Shown: piece after piece, positions 40,982 to 52,397 of the stretch
How positions within the stretch are numbered: position 1 is the stretch's first letter
Layout of the letters: each line of letters opens with the position of its first letter
NCBI GenBank assembly: GCA_937877455.1
Contig: CALFIU010000053.1
Span: forward strand, 7,589-71,588
Reading direction: 5' to 3'
DNA from: an uncultured Bacteroidales bacterium
Lineage (GTDB): Bacteria > Bacteroidota > Bacteroidia > Bacteroidales > UBA3824
Length of the DNA stretch: 64,000 nt
Notes under the pieces: generated by a model
Databases searched by the model: none
Told to the model about the DNA's origin: nothing
The model's input: the letters and a program-made list of their open reading frames with translations, nothing else
Translations under genes and position numbers: made by a program

Positions 40982-41155
40982 ATGAAAGAATTGGTTGAAG
41001 AAATCGAAAAATTGTATGCAGAATTTATTGAAAACGCAAACAAACAAATCGAAGGCAACAAAGCAGCAGGAACACGCGCTCGTAAAGCATCTTTGGAAAT
41101 TGAAAAGAAAACCAAAGAATTCCGTAAAGTTTCTATCGAAGCTTCAAAAAAATAA
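40982..41155 (+). CDS. Histone H1-like small basic DNA-binding protein (57 aa)
   Basis: My own translation is MKELVEEIEKLYAEFIENANKQIEGNKAAGTRARKASLEIEKKTKEFRKVSIEASKK. The GNKAAGTRARKASLE core is typical of the Bacteroidota histone H1-like family. A -7 box taattttg sits at 40911-40918. The ORF falls below the size cut-off of the supplied track. Confidence 0.75.
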   Translation: MKELVEEIEKLYAEFIENANKQIEGNKAAGTRARKASLEIEKKTKEFRKVSIEASKK

Positions 41156-41191
41156 TTTCACATTATTTTATTAGCAAAGAAACAAAAATTT

Positions 41192-41230
41192 AACCTGCAA
41201 ATATATAGTTAGTTATAATATTTGCAGGTT
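41192..41230. terminator. Bidirectional terminator between the H1-like gene and the TetR gene
   Basis: 13-bp stem aacctgcaaatat / atatttgcaggtt followed by ttattattt. Confidence 0.6.
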
Positions 41231-41255
41231 TTATTATTTATTTTACTATCAAAAC

Positions 41256-41843
41256 TTAACAAAAAAACTGCGGTGCAATATTTTTCAATAATCGCGACAA
41301 TTTGGTAATATCGTGTCTATTATCAGTATTTATCATATAACCAATAATACCAAAAAAAGCAGATAAAATAACCTCAGCAAGCAACGGAATATCCTCACGT
41401 GATATATTTGTAAACTCCTGAGATTCAACACCTTCAAGAAACAATTGTGTAAGAAATATGTTTTCAAACTCTACAATTTTAAGATATTCATTTTTTCCAG
41501 CAGTTTTATCTTTAATCTCGTTAGTTATTATACTCAACAATGTTAGTCTATTGGAAAGTTCCAAGGCAAGTTGATCTAAATAAGCAAGGATTTTTTCGCT
41601 TGATTTTTGTTTACAATCAATTTTTTCTTTCACCGACTTACGCATCTCTTGCATCTCGTAAGAAACCACGGCATCAAAAATCTGTTCTTTACTTGAAAAA
41701 AAATGGTAAATAGTGCTTTTTGCACGGTTTGTGGCTTCGGCAATATCTTCGATGGATGTTTTTTTGTAGCCATATTGCAAAAAAAGCCGTTGGGCATTGG
41801 TTACAATATCATTAATAGTAAAATCAAATTTTTCTTGTTTCAT
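41256..41843 (-). CDS. TetR/AcrR-family transcriptional regulator
   Basis: N-terminal HTH (FLQYGYKKTSIEDIAEATNRAKSTIYHFFSSKEQIF), 195 aa. Confidence 0.85.
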   Translation of the reverse strand: MKQEKFDFTINDIVTNAQRLFLQYGYKKTSIEDIAEATNRAKSTIYHFFSSKEQIFDAVVSYEMQEMRKSVKEKIDCKQKSSEKILAYLDQLALELSNRLTLLSIITNEIKDKTAGKNEYLKIVEFENIFLTQLFLEGVESQEFTNISREDIPLLAEVILSAFFGIIGYMINTDNRHDITKLSRLLKNIAPQFFC

Positions 41844-42072
41844 TATTTTTGATTATATTTGTAGTTTTTTTAACAATGTGTATATACTAATTAGCAATTT
41901 TTAAAAGAAAAAATGGCTTTTTTTCATAATCCATCAAAACTTAATAAGTTAGATGTTTTTATAGTTAAAAAGTTTAAAATCAAAAGCAATAATTTTATAA
42001 AAAAAAAATTATAAAATAAAGAGATTGGGCATAAAATATGTTGGTTTTCTTTAAATATTTTTTTGTAAAAAA

Positions 42073-44295
42073 ATGATTAATAAGTTTATTTTCAAGCAAA
42101 TAATATATATACTACTTTTTGTAGCAATAATTCCATATAATGCCGTTGGACAGAAATCAACTTTCGATAGTTTGGAAGTAATTCTTAGCCAAAATCTTGA
42201 AAACGGAATTAATGGCAGTCAAAATATGCCAATTTTGCAACAACTATTTGCTTTAACCAACATTTCAAAACCATACCTTGCATTAGAATACGGTGCATTA
42301 GCATTAAACACCGCCATGGAAATAGGCGACGAGCAAAGCAAAGCAGAATGGTATTGCAAGATAGCAGACATTTATTTTGAACAAAAGACATACTACATGG
42401 CGATGCAAAATTATTTTTCAGCTTTTGAAATATACAATAGGCTTGGCATGAAAAAAGAAAGCGCATACGCCCAAATGAACATTGGCGAAACTTATTTTAT
42501 TCAAGGCGTAGAAGACGTTTCTCTATCATATTATAAACAAGCCGAAGAAATTTTCAACATAATAAACAATCAACGTGGTTTGGCAAAGGTAAAAAACAAA
42601 ATTGGACTTGTAAACTTAGAAATGTATCAATACGACAAAGCAATGGAAATGTTTAACCAATCGTTGAAAATAAGCGAGTTGCTTAAAGATCCACAACTAA
42701 CCGCCGAAACATATTGCAACATTGCCGAAACATATTTTCAAAGCGAAGATTTCAACAACGAAAACCAATATCTTACCAAAGCCATAATAAAATTTAGGCT
42801 ATCTGGCGACAGACTTTCAATGGGTAAATGCTATTATAAAATAGGCGATATGTATCTTTACCAAGAAGAATACGACAAAGCCTACATAAACTACTTACAA
42901 AGCGGAAATATATTCAAGGCATTCGACCTACCATTATTGCAAACGCAAGTAAAAAACAAACTTGCACGCATAAACTTTATACAAGGCATGTATCAAGAGG
43001 CAATGACAACTGTCAAAGAAGCATTGAATACTGCCACAGAGCACGAATTACTTCAAGAAAAATCAGACGCTTATTTGCTTATGGCCGACATTTCGTATGC
43101 ATTGAAAAAAAACACAGAGGCTTACGATAATCTTCAAAGATATATTCAAGTAAAAGATTCTGTAATTCAAGAAAAACGCGAAGAAAGATTTTCTGAACTA
43201 CAAGTAAGTATTGCTACAAAAGAAAAAGAAAAAGAACTTGCATTGGCTGCTCAAGAAATGCAACGCAAAGAAATTGTCTTTAGAGTGGTAATGATAATGT
43301 CAACACTTATACTCTTATTTTTAGTAATAATTTTTCTTAACAATCGTAAAATTAAGAAAGTTAACAACCTACTAACAATGAGAAACGACGAAATAAAACG
43401 CCGTAACGAAGAAATTGTAGTGCAAAAAAACATTGTTGATAAGGCTAACCTTGAAATAAAAAAGCAAAAAAACGAAATAGAAGAAATAAACCACAATATA
43501 ACAGCAGGCATCAACTACGCCGCACGCATACAACACGCCACATTACCTAATATCTCATTCATAAAACAGCATTTCCAAGACGGATTTGTATTTTTCAACC
43601 CCAAAGAAACTGTAAGTGGTGATTTCTATTGGTTTGCTGAAGTAAAAGACGAAAGACCACCATCGCTATTTCGTAGAAACAAAGAAAATGAAGAAAATGC
43701 AAAATATATTGTTGCTGTTATTGATTGTACTGGTCATGGTGTGCCTGGAGCTTTTATGAGCATGCTTGGCGATGCTTTTTTAAATCAAATTGTTAAACAA
43801 CAAAAAACAACATCTCCAGACCTTATTCTCAACGAGTTACACAAATTTATAAGAGCAACACTTCAACAAGAAACCAGCGAAAATAACGATGGCATGGACG
43901 TAGCAATATGTACCATTGACAAAAGTAACAATAAAATGGAGTTTGCAGGAGCAAAAAATCCACTTATATACATACAACGCGGCGAAGTACATAAAATAAA
44001 CGGCGACCTCAAATGCATTGGAGGAATGCAGAAAGAACAAGAACGAATTTTTACAAAACACACCATAAATATTGATGACTCTACACGTTTTTATATATAT
44101 TCCGATGGTTTTCAAGATCAATTTGGAGGCAAAATGGGCAGAAAATTTATGGCAAAACCATTTCGCGATATGCTAATTGAAAATAGTAGCAAACCATTTG
44201 AGGAACAACGACAAATATTGCAAGAAAAATTTATCGAATGGAAAGGCGATTTTATACAAATGGACGATACAACAATAATTGGTATAAAAATTTAA
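42073..44295 (+). CDS. TPR-repeat sensor, TM helix, coiled coil and SpoIIE/PP2C phosphatase
   Basis: There is a signal or anchor sequence and about 8 TPR-like repeats. These are followed by a TM helix (VVMIMSTLILLFLVIIFL), a coiled coil, and a PP2C domain (VSGDFYWF…IDCTGHGVPGA…YSDGFQDQFG…DDTTIIGIKI). Confidence 0.8.
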   Translation: MINKFIFKQIIYILLFVAIIPYNAVGQKSTFDSLEVILSQNLENGINGSQNMPILQQLFALTNISKPYLALEYGALALNTAMEIGDEQSKAEWYCKIADIYFEQKTYYMAMQNYFSAFEIYNRLGMKKESAYAQMNIGETYFIQGVEDVSLSYYKQAEEIFNIINNQRGLAKVKNKIGLVNLEMYQYDKAMEMFNQSLKISELLKDPQLTAETYCNIAETYFQSEDFNNENQYLTKAIIKFRLSGDRLSMGKCYYKIGDMYLYQEEYDKAYINYLQSGNIFKAFDLPLLQTQVKNKLARINFIQGMYQEAMTTVKEALNTATEHELLQEKSDAYLLMADISYALKKNTEAYDNLQRYIQVKDSVIQEKREERFSELQVSIATKEKEKELALAAQEMQRKEIVFRVVMIMSTLILLFLVIIFLNNRKIKKVNNLLTMRNDEIKRRNEEIVVQKNIVDKANLEIKKQKNEIEEINHNITAGINYAARIQHATLPNISFIKQHFQDGFVFFNPKETVSGDFYWFAEVKDERPPSLFRRNKENEENAKYIVAVIDCTGHGVPGAFMSMLGDAFLNQIVKQQKTTSPDLILNELHKFIRATLQQETSENNDGMDVAICTIDKSNNKMEFAGAKNPLIYIQRGEVHKINGDLKCIGGMQKEQERIFTKHTINIDDSTRFYIYSDGFQDQFGGKMGRKFMAKPFRDMLIENSSKPFEEQRQILQEKFIEWKGDFIQMDDTTIIGIKI

Positions 44296-44328
44296 ATTTA
44301 GTTTTAGAGCATAACAATATAGAAAATG

Positions 44329-46512
44329 CTACACTCCCGCCCTACTACTATTAAAAATAATAGTCAAACTACTTAACGCCATAGCCATAGCCGAAATATA
44401 TGGCATTGGTACATAATCAAAAAAAGATAACAGAAAACCGGAAGAAAAACCAATTGTTATAAAATTATATAACATTGCCCAAATAATATTTTGCTTAATT
44501 ATTCTAACGGTTTTTCTACTCAAATTTATCAAAAACGGAATTTTGGATATATCACCCGAAGTTAAAACAGCATCTGCGCTATCGGCTGCAATATCAGCCC
44601 CAGCAGAAAAACTTATTCCAACATCGGCACTCAATAATGCTGGAGAATCATTTACACCATCTCCAACCATAACTACAGTTTTGTTATGTTGATGCAATTC
44701 TGAAATAAAATCGTTTTTTCCTTGCGGCAACATTGATGCATGGTAATTTATGTTCAATTTTTTTGCAACACTTGCCGCCGCTCCAACATTATCTCCTGTC
44801 AACATTGTTATTTCTACACCTTTATTTTTAATATCATCCAAAACCAAGGACGCATTATCCTTTATTTTGTCGCCAAGAGCCAACAGCAATGCAGGGGTAT
44901 TGTTTTCAACAACAAAAATTAAACTATAACCTTCGGCACTAAATTTTTTTTCATCGTCATCAAATATTGAAAAATCTATATTATTGTTTTTTAACAATGT
45001 AATGTTTCCAATAAGATAATTTTTGCCAAGCAATGTTGCCGACAAGCCTTCTCCGTCAATAGATAAAAAACTATCTACATTTTCTAACGTAGAAATATTT
45101 TTTTTCTCCGCATATTCCACCACCGCTTTTGCCAAAGGATGTTGCGACATTTTCTCAATGGTTGCAACAGCTTTTAATACAACATCTTTATTACAATTGT
45201 TATAATTTTTTACAGCTTTAACTTCCATTTTACCTTCGGTAAGCGTTCCCGTTTTATCAAAGATAATGTTAGTTGCCTTGCCAGCAGTTTCTATGGCTTG
45301 CGATTTTTTTATCAATACACCATTTTTTGCAAGTTTACCTGATGCAACAGCAGTAGCCAAAGGTGCGGCAAGACCAAATGCACATGGACACGCAGCCGCA
45401 AGCACAGAAATAAAAACAGTTGTATAAAAACCTATAGTACAACCCCTAAAAAACCAAAACATTGCGGCAAAAACAGCTACAGATACAACTAAATAGACAA
45501 AAATTCTCCCTGCTTTGTCGGCAAAACGCGCTATTGCTGGTCGCTGACCTGCCGCCTGTGTTGCAAGCCTAACTATTGAAGAAACCATAGAATTTTTACC
45601 AATTTTTTCAACAGAATATTCAATTTTTCCGCTCATACACATTGCACCAGCTATTACACGACATCCTTTGTTTTTTTTAACAGGAGAACTTTCTCCAGTT
45701 ATAAAACTTTCGTCCATGTAAGCCGTTCCAACTGTTACAATGCCGTCAGCAGCTATACGATTGCCTTCTGAACAAATCAATGTGTCGCCTTTTTTTATTT
45801 CGTCAATAGTAGTTTCGATGTTTTTTCCATCTTTTACAACCATGGCGGTTTCTGGTGTTAAAGTCATCAAACCTTGCAAAGCTTTCAACGATTTGGTTTT
45901 ACCTTTGTTTTCTATTGAGTTGCCAAGCATTACAAAAAATAGCACCATCGCAACAGATTCGTACATGAACATCGAATTATAATTTTTAATTAACAAAAAA
46001 TTATAAAAAAATATCCATAAACTATATACAAAAGCAGTTCCCGTCCCCAATAAAACTAATGTTGTCATATCGGGAACACGATTTTTTATTGAATAAAAAC
46101 CAAGTCGCAAAATATCTCTACCACAATAAACCGCTAAAATTCCCAATAGCGTTGAAATTATTGCGTAAAATATTGGCATGCTACTTTTTATCCCATCGCC
46201 AAAAAGCGACAAACATAGCAAAGCAACACTAATTACACCTAACGCAACAATTTTAGGTCTTTGAGATTTTTCTTTGTTTATTTGCAACTGATAGTCATCA
46301 ATTCCAAGACTGCGAAAACCTGCTTTTTCTACAAAAACTTCAATATCAGATAGAGAAATTTTTGTATCGTCGTAAGTTATTGTAGCATTGTTAAGCATAA
46401 GATTAACAGAAGCTTTTGCAATTCCATCGCGACGATTAAGCGACTTTTCTAAACCACCCGAACACGCTGGGCAGGTCATTCCTCCTATTTTGATGACGAT
46501 GGTTTTCATCAA
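44329..46512 (-). CDS. copA: Copper-translocating P1B-type ATPase
   Basis: N-terminal HMA motif GMTCPAC, a CPC motif in the TM region (AACPCAFGLA), and the DKTGT and GDGVND motifs. Confidence 0.9.
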   Translation of the reverse strand: MMKTIVIKIGGMTCPACSGGLEKSLNRRDGIAKASVNLMLNNATITYDDTKISLSDIEVFVEKAGFRSLGIDDYQLQINKEKSQRPKIVALGVISVALLCLSLFGDGIKSSMPIFYAIISTLLGILAVYCGRDILRLGFYSIKNRVPDMTTLVLLGTGTAFVYSLWIFFYNFLLIKNYNSMFMYESVAMVLFFVMLGNSIENKGKTKSLKALQGLMTLTPETAMVVKDGKNIETTIDEIKKGDTLICSEGNRIAADGIVTVGTAYMDESFITGESSPVKKNKGCRVIAGAMCMSGKIEYSVEKIGKNSMVSSIVRLATQAAGQRPAIARFADKAGRIFVYLVVSVAVFAAMFWFFRGCTIGFYTTVFISVLAAACPCAFGLAAPLATAVASGKLAKNGVLIKKSQAIETAGKATNIIFDKTGTLTEGKMEVKAVKNYNNCNKDVVLKAVATIEKMSQHPLAKAVVEYAEKKNISTLENVDSFLSIDGEGLSATLLGKNYLIGNITLLKNNNIDFSIFDDDEKKFSAEGYSLIFVVENNTPALLLALGDKIKDNASLVLDDIKNKGVEITMLTGDNVGAAASVAKKLNINYHASMLPQGKNDFISELHQHNKTVVMVGDGVNDSPALLSADVGISFSAGADIAADSADAVLTSGDISKIPFLINLSRKTVRIIKQNIIWAMLYNFITIGFSSGFLLSFFDYVPMPYISAMAMALSSLTIIFNSSRAGV

Positions 46513-46724
46513 ATTTTACATTCAAATCCAGCATCGGCTACAGCTTCAGCTAAAACATTTGTATTACAAATAGTTTCATCATATTCTACATCGGCTGTAG
46601 CATTTTCAAGATTTACAGACGCGTCTTTTACACCATCTAAATTTTTAATTACTTTTTCCAAACGTGCGCTACATTTGCTACACTTCATTCCAGAAATTTT
46701 AAGTTCTACTTTTTTCATAATCAA
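46509..46724 (-). CDS. copZ: Heavy-metal-associated (HMA) copper chaperone
   Basis: 71 aa with GMKCSKCS (CxxC). It overlaps the copA start by 4 bp. Confidence 0.8.
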   Translation of the reverse strand: MIMKKVELKISGMKCSKCSARLEKVIKNLDGVKDASVNLENATADVEYDETICNTNVLAEAVADAGFECKI

Positions 46725-46918
46725 TTTTTTTTTACAAAATTAAGAAAAAAACTAAAAAACAACATTGGCTATAAAAATTTCTTACAAAATTGTTTACCTC
46801 AACAAATATTCAACTCTTTTTAAGAAAATAACATGTAGAAAACTTGGTTAAAAACAATTTTGATTATCAAGTAGTTTTTTATAATATTGCGCAGTTATTT
46901 ATAAAACAACGCAACAAA

Positions 46919-49624
46919 ATGGAAATTCCAGCAAAATACGACGCTGCCCAAAGCGAAGAAAAATGGTATAAGTATTGGAACGACAATGGCTTGTTCCACT
47001 CCGAACCCGACGGACGCAAACCTTATACAATTGTAATACCACCGCCAAATGTTACAGGCGTACTCCACATGGGACACATGCTCAACAACACCATACAAGA
47101 CATCCTCACGCGTCGCGCGCGCATGAAAGGATTCAACGCACTTTGGGTACCTGGTACCGACCACGCATCCATCGCCACCGAAGCAAAGGTGGTGCAGAAA
47201 CTCGCAAAGCAAGGCATAAAAAAACGCGACTTAACACGCGAACAATTTCTAAAATATGCTTGGGAATGGAAAGATGAACACGGTGGAATAATCCTCGAAC
47301 AGCTTAAAAAACTCGGTGCATCGTGCGACTGGCAACGCACAGCTTTCACTATGGACGAGTTACGTAGCGAATCGGTAATGAAAGTGTTTGTTGACCTATA
47401 CAAAAAAGGTCTTATTTACAGAGGTTTACGCATGGTAAATTGGGATCCAAAAGCGCAAACCGTACTTAGCACCGAAGAGGTAATCTACCGCGAGGAACAG
47501 AGCAAACTATATTATCTAAAATATTATGTTGCTGATGTCAATACCAATCCCGTAAAACCCACAGGAAATGATGGCGAAATTCTTCACAAAGACGACAAAG
47601 GCTATTATGCAGTGGTTGCCACAACTCGCCCAGAAACCATCATGGGCGATACAGCAATGTGCATCAACCCAAAAGACCCCAAAAATCAGTGGTTACGTGG
47701 TCATAAAGTTGTTGTACCATTGGTAGGACGTGTAATTCCTGTAATCGAAGACCGCTACGTTGACATTGAGTTTGGTACTGGTTGTCTTAAAGTTACGCCG
47801 GCTCACGATGCTAACGACTATATGCTCGGCAAAACCCATAACCTTGAAACAATTGATATTTTTAACCCTGACGGTACAATCGCGCCCGCTGGACAATTGT
47901 ATGTTGGTATGGATCGCATGGACGTGCGCAAACAAATTGCCGTTGACTTACAAAACGCCAATCTCCTTGAAAAAATCGAAGACTATACCAATAAGGTTGG
48001 TTATTCTGAACGCAACGCCGACACAGCCGTAGAACCAAGGCTTTGCAAACAGTGGTTCTTGAGCATGAAACATTTTGCCGATATAGCTTTGCCACCTGTT
48101 TTGGAAGGCAAGATAAAATTTTATCCCGAAAAATACGTCAACACATACCGCAATTGGCTCGAAAATATTCAAGATTGGTGTATAAGTCGTCAACTTTGGT
48201 GGGGACATAGAATTCCTGCCTATTTCTTACCCACCGCCGAAGGCGAAGAAGAAAAATATGTTGTTGCTCTAAATATTGACGATGCAGTAGCAGAAGCCCA
48301 CAAAATTGCTGGTTTTGAAAATGTTACAGCCAACGACCTTCATCGCGACGAAGACGCATTAGACACATGGTTTTCTTCATGGTTATGGCCAGTATCGCTC
48401 TTCGATGGGATAAACAAGCCCGGCAACGAAGAAATCAACTATTACTATCCAACATCAGACCTTGTAACTGGTCCAGACATCATTTTCTTTTGGGTTGCAA
48501 GAATGATAATGGCAGGCGAGGAATACATGCACGATGTTCCTTTCCGCAATGTATATTTTACAGGTATTGTGCGCGACAAACTCGGAAGAAAAATGTCTAA
48601 GTCGTTGGGTAACAGCCCAGATCCAATAAAATTGATGGAGCAATTCTCTACCGATGGCGTACGTATTGGTATGTTGCTATGTTCTCCTGCGGGGGGCGAC
48701 TTGCTTTACGACGACGATTTATGTTTGCAAGGCAGAAATTTCACCAACAAGATTTGGAATGCGTTCCGCCTTGTAAAAGGTTGGAGCGTTGATGCTAATA
48801 TTCCCCAACCCGAATCTGCAAAAAAAGCTGTTGAATGGTTTGAAAACAAACTCAACAAAACAATTTCGGAAGTTGACAAGATGTTTGCCGATTATCGTCT
48901 AAGCGATTCGTTGATGACTGTTTATAAATTATTTTGGGACGAATATTCGTCGTGGTACTTAGAAAGTGTCAAACCTGCATATCAACAGCCCATCGACAAA
49001 ACTACTTACGACGCTACAATTGGATTTTTTGATAAATTGTTAAAAATTCTCCACCCCTACATTCCATTTATAACAGAAGAAGTTTGGCAACTATTGGAAG
49101 AACGCAAAGACGGCGAAAGCATTATGGTACAACGTATGCCAGAAGTTGGCGAGTTTGACGAAAAATTGCTCGACAGATTTGAAACAGCCAAAGACGTAAT
49201 CGCAAAAATACGCGCCATACGTCAGGAAAATCAGATTGCACAGAAAAATGCAATTGAGGTTTATGCACGTCTTGTTGACGGACAATATGATGGTTATTTC
49301 GACAGCGTAATAGTAAAGCATTGCAATATTTCAACACTCGAACACACCAATGAAGCCAAGCCAAATAGCAAAACTTTTGTTGCCAAAAATGTAGAATATT
49401 TTGTTCCAATGGGCGACAATGTTGATATTGCTGAAGAAATAAAAAAACTCCAAGCAGAACTTGACTACACACGTGGATTCCTTGTTTCTGTTGAGAAAAA
49501 ACTCTCCAACGAACGTTTTGTTTCAGGTGCACCTGCCGCTGTGGTAACACGCGAAAAACAAAAACAAGCCGATGCCATCGTTAAAATTGAGGCATTGGAA
49601 AAACAAATTGCTGCTTTGAAATAA
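46919..49624 (+). CDS. valS: Valine--tRNA ligase
   Basis: The HIGH-region motif ([16 protein letters not shown]), KMSKS, and a C-terminal coiled coil. The start is set at MEIPAKYD, because the 25-codon upstream extension looks non-coding. Confidence 0.95.
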   Translation: MEIPAKYDAAQSEEKWYKYWNDNGLFHSEPDGRKPYTIVIPPPNVTGVLHMGHMLNNTIQDILTRRARMKGFNALWVPGTDHASIATEAKVVQKLAKQGIKKRDLTREQFLKYAWEWKDEHGGIILEQLKKLGASCDWQRTAFTMDELRSESVMKVFVDLYKKGLIYRGLRMVNWDPKAQTVLSTEEVIYREEQSKLYYLKYYVADVNTNPVKPTGNDGEILHKDDKGYYAVVATTRPETIMGDTAMCINPKDPKNQWLRGHKVVVPLVGRVIPVIEDRYVDIEFGTGCLKVTPAHDANDYMLGKTHNLETIDIFNPDGTIAPAGQLYVGMDRMDVRKQIAVDLQNANLLEKIEDYTNKVGYSERNADTAVEPRLCKQWFLSMKHFADIALPPVLEGKIKFYPEKYVNTYRNWLENIQDWCISRQLWWGHRIPAYFLPTAEGEEEKYVVALNIDDAVAEAHKIAGFENVTANDLHRDEDALDTWFSSWLWPVSLFDGINKPGNEEINYYYPTSDLVTGPDIIFFWVARMIMAGEEYMHDVPFRNVYFTGIVRDKLGRKMSKSLGNSPDPIKLMEQFSTDGVRIGMLLCSPAGGDLLYDDDLCLQGRNFTNKIWNAFRLVKGWSVDANIPQPESAKKAVEWFENKLNKTISEVDKMFADYRLSDSLMTVYKLFWDEYSSWYLESVKPAYQQPIDKTTYDATIGFFDKLLKILHPYIPFITEEVWQLLEERKDGESIMVQRMPEVGEFDEKLLDRFETAKDVIAKIRAIRQENQIAQKNAIEVYARLVDGQYDGYFDSVIVKHCNISTLEHTNEAKPNSKTFVAKNVEYFVPMGDNVDIAEEIKKLQAELDYTRGFLVSVEKKLSNERFVSGAPAAVVTREKQKQADAIVKIEALEKQIAALK

Positions 49625-49645
49625 AATTTTTTATTGGAAGAAAAT

Positions 49646-49683
49646 AAAAAGTTCCAAGAGTTTTTTTACTCTTGGAACTTTTT
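49646..49683. terminator. Bidirectional terminator (valS and the convergent lipoprotein gene)
   Basis: 16-bp stem aaaaagttccaagagt / actcttggaacttttt with flanking A-runs and T-runs. Confidence 0.7.
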
Positions 49684-49697
49684 TTATGCACTAAAAA

Positions 49698-50576
49698 CTA
49701 TTTCAATAATTCGGCAAAAGAAGGTGAAATATATTGTTGAATATCTTTTACAGCCACCGAAGTATATGGTGTTCCACATACGTATGGCGCAATTTCGTAG
49801 CAAGAATATAAAAACATAATACTATCGTTTGAAAAATATGGATTACCTTCGGGAGGATTTATTGTAAAAACGTCTGTGCCTTTATCGTAGGTAAAACTTG
49901 AACTATTACACATTTCTGTGAGTTGTTCGTTAGTTTGTACATTAAAATATTCTCTAAGACCTTTTACAACATAAGGCAAAATATTTTGCCAACTATTCTC
50001 TTTAAACATATCGTAAGCCCAAATTTTACCGTCGCTTTTACTAAAAGTTTTACCTTCAAAGACATACATTCCGTGTGTTCCACCCTGATAATCAGAAATT
50101 TCGCTTATAAAAGTAACAATTTTTTCGTTTTCATAAACTTTTTCTATAGTTTTTTGGTGGCTAAGTTCGTAAGGCATAACTTCGGCATTATTATCTTCAA
50201 ACTCTTGGAGTGTAGATTTAAAATCGTCGATGTTGCTTTGGTTATATTTTCGTAAAAGAGTTTCAACAGATGCATTTTTGTCGTACGTTGAATCATAAAG
50301 TTCCCAAGACGCAATTACATCGATTAATTTTTGAGATCCTTCTACGGGAAAATCAACTGAAATAACACTAAACATAGGCGTTTCTTTTACCGTAAACCCA
50401 AGACTATCGTAAAAATGTTTTACTTTTAAAGGTTTGTTGTCAAGTGCTTTTGGTTTTGGAGTTTCCTCAAGCATTTGATTATCAGTTGTAGAATCATTTT
50501 GTTCATTATTGTTTGTTGAACTTCCACACGACACAGCCATAATTGCTGCTGCAATTAGAAATAAATGTTTTTTCAT
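49698..50576 (-). CDS. DUF3298/DUF4163-type lipoprotein (RsiV/PdaC-like fold)
   Basis: Lipobox (MAVSCGSS) and the QGGTHGMY motif characteristic of DUF3298. Confidence 0.6.
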   Translation of the reverse strand: MKKHLFLIAAAIMAVSCGSSTNNNEQNDSTTDNQMLEETPKPKALDNKPLKVKHFYDSLGFTVKETPMFSVISVDFPVEGSQKLIDVIASWELYDSTYDKNASVETLLRKYNQSNIDDFKSTLQEFEDNNAEVMPYELSHQKTIEKVYENEKIVTFISEISDYQGGTHGMYVFEGKTFSKSDGKIWAYDMFKENSWQNILPYVVKGLREYFNVQTNEQLTEMCNSSSFTYDKGTDVFTINPPEGNPYFSNDSIMFLYSCYEIAPYVCGTPYTSVAVKDIQQYISPSFAELLK

Positions 50577-50616
50577 GATTTATATAAGTTTTGATTTGGT
50601 TTCTTAATAAAAATTG

Positions 50617-50706
50617 CTGTCTAAAAAGATAGATTGCAAGTTGCCAACCTGCCTTACAGATAGTTACAGACGAGCCTGTTATATCTCAATCTAACTTTTT
50701 GGACAG
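50617..50706 (-). terminator. Long (20-bp stem, 50-nt loop) hairpin after the POT transporter gene
   Basis: Arms ctgtctaaaaagatagattg / caatctaactttttggacag with 2 mismatches. On the minus strand it begins 13 nt after the stop and is followed by atttttatt. Confidence 0.45.
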
Positions 50707-50718
50707 TCATTAAAATTA

Positions 50719-52308
50719 TTATTTTTCTTTCATCATCTTTTTTAACAAAGGACATAGAGCAAACAAAGCAATTGATGCCGCTCCTGCCATTACTGCAAAC
50801 AACATAAAGAAATCTTCCAATGTAGCAATTTCGATACCAAGAAAACTTTGTGGATCAGAATTACCATCAGGTAATAAAGCAGCAAGTTTACCAGACAAAA
50901 TATTTGATGCTGCATTACTCATAAACCATACACCCATCAACAAAGATGCAAGTCTGGCTGGAGAAAGTTGATTAACCATTGATAAGCCAATTGGCGAAAG
51001 CGAAAGTTCACCAATTGTGTGTATAAAATATAATGCAACAAGCCAAAACATAGAAATTTTAACGCCTGGTTGAGCATCTTTTGTTGCAAACGCAATAACA
51101 AAATATCCCAACGCCAACAAAGCAAGACCTATCGCTTGTTTTACTGGAGACGCTGGTTCTTTACCTTTACGACCAAGAAACGACCATAATGTTGCCATCA
51201 CTGGTGCAAAAACCACCACTACAATTGGGTTGATAGACTGAAACCATGTGGTTTTAAACTCAAAACTACCAATATTTCTATCCACCTGTTTATCTGCAAA
51301 AAGAGTAAGCGACGAACCAGCTTGTTCAAATGCACTCCAAAAAAATATTACAAATAGCGCAATAATATATATAACGGCAATATGTTTTTTTTCTGTGGTG
51401 GTAAGTCCCTTGTCGGTAATAATAAACACAGGCAATGCTATTGATACAGAATATATTGCCGCCGAAATATAATCGTTGATTGATTGTGTGTTTGATGCAA
51501 ATAACACAAACAAAGCCACTGCCAAAAATATGCAACCCCAAAGCCTTATAGGAGAGTTTTTAACTTTTTCGATACTATTATCATGGTGTTCTGCTGCATC
51601 TTTTAAATGGCGCAATTCACTTTGAGCAGGTGGCAACCCAATGCCCTTGCCATCTGGGGTAACGAGGTATTTGTCTTTTAGCATTATAAATACTAATACA
51701 CTTATAATCATTGCAATAGCAGCGCATAAAAATCCCCACTTAAACGGTGCAAGATTATTCCACGAGCCTTCACCAAGTGTACCACAAATAAGCGGAGCTA
51801 TAAACGCACCAACATTGATACCCATGTAAAAAATTGTAAATGCAGAATCCTTGCGAGTGTCTGACGATTTGTAAAGGTCGCCAACCATAGTAGAAATGTT
51901 TGGCTTAAAAAAACCATTACCAAAAATTAATACAGCAAGCCCACAAAACATAAGCATTAGCGACATAGAATTGTCGATGGAAGAATCCACCGCCCCACCC
52001 TTCTCAAAAATAGATTGTTTTACAAAACATGCCGAGGCGAACATCAAAAACTGCCCAACAGCCATTAGTAATCCGCCAACTATAATTGACTTACGGTTGC
52101 CCCAAAAACGGTCGGCAATGTAGCCACCAAGCAATGGAGTAAGATAAACGAGACCTGTATAAGAACCGTATATTTGCGATGCCATTTCACCGCTAAAAAA
52201 TGCTGCCACAAGATAGAGAGTAAACAAAGCTCTCATTCCGTAGTAACTAAACCTTTCTGCCATCTCTGTAACAAACAGTAGGTAAAGGCCTTTTGGATGT
52301 TTATTCAT
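50719..52308 (-). CDS. POT/PTR2-family di/tripeptide:proton symporter (MFS)
   Basis: ERFSYYGMRALFTLYL signature. It is 529 aa and polytopic. Confidence 0.85.
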   Translation of the reverse strand: MNKHPKGLYLLFVTEMAERFSYYGMRALFTLYLVAAFFSGEMASQIYGSYTGLVYLTPLLGGYIADRFWGNRKSIIVGGLLMAVGQFLMFASACFVKQSIFEKGGAVDSSIDNSMSLMLMFCGLAVLIFGNGFFKPNISTMVGDLYKSSDTRKDSAFTIFYMGINVGAFIAPLICGTLGEGSWNNLAPFKWGFLCAAIAMIISVLVFIMLKDKYLVTPDGKGIGLPPAQSELRHLKDAAEHHDNSIEKVKNSPIRLWGCIFLAVALFVLFASNTQSINDYISAAIYSVSIALPVFIITDKGLTTTEKKHIAVIYIIALFVIFFWSAFEQAGSSLTLFADKQVDRNIGSFEFKTTWFQSINPIVVVVFAPVMATLWSFLGRKGKEPASPVKQAIGLALLALGYFVIAFATKDAQPGVKISMFWLVALYFIHTIGELSLSPIGLSMVNQLSPARLASLLMGVWFMSNAASNILSGKLAALLPDGNSDPQSFLGIEIATLEDFFMLFAVMAGAASIALFALCPLLKKMMKEK

Positions 52309-52333
52309 AATTTTTTATCATATTTTGAAAATG

Positions 52334-52341
52334 CAAAATTA
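52334..52341 (-). promoter_or_regulatory. -7 box TAnnTTTG (taattttg) for the POT gene
   Basis: Exact motif on the minus strand, 26 nt upstream of the ATG. Confidence 0.4.
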
Positions 52342-52397
52342 GAAAAAAAATAATTAATGAGATAAAGTTTTGCAAATGATTTTTACCATTTAACCTT

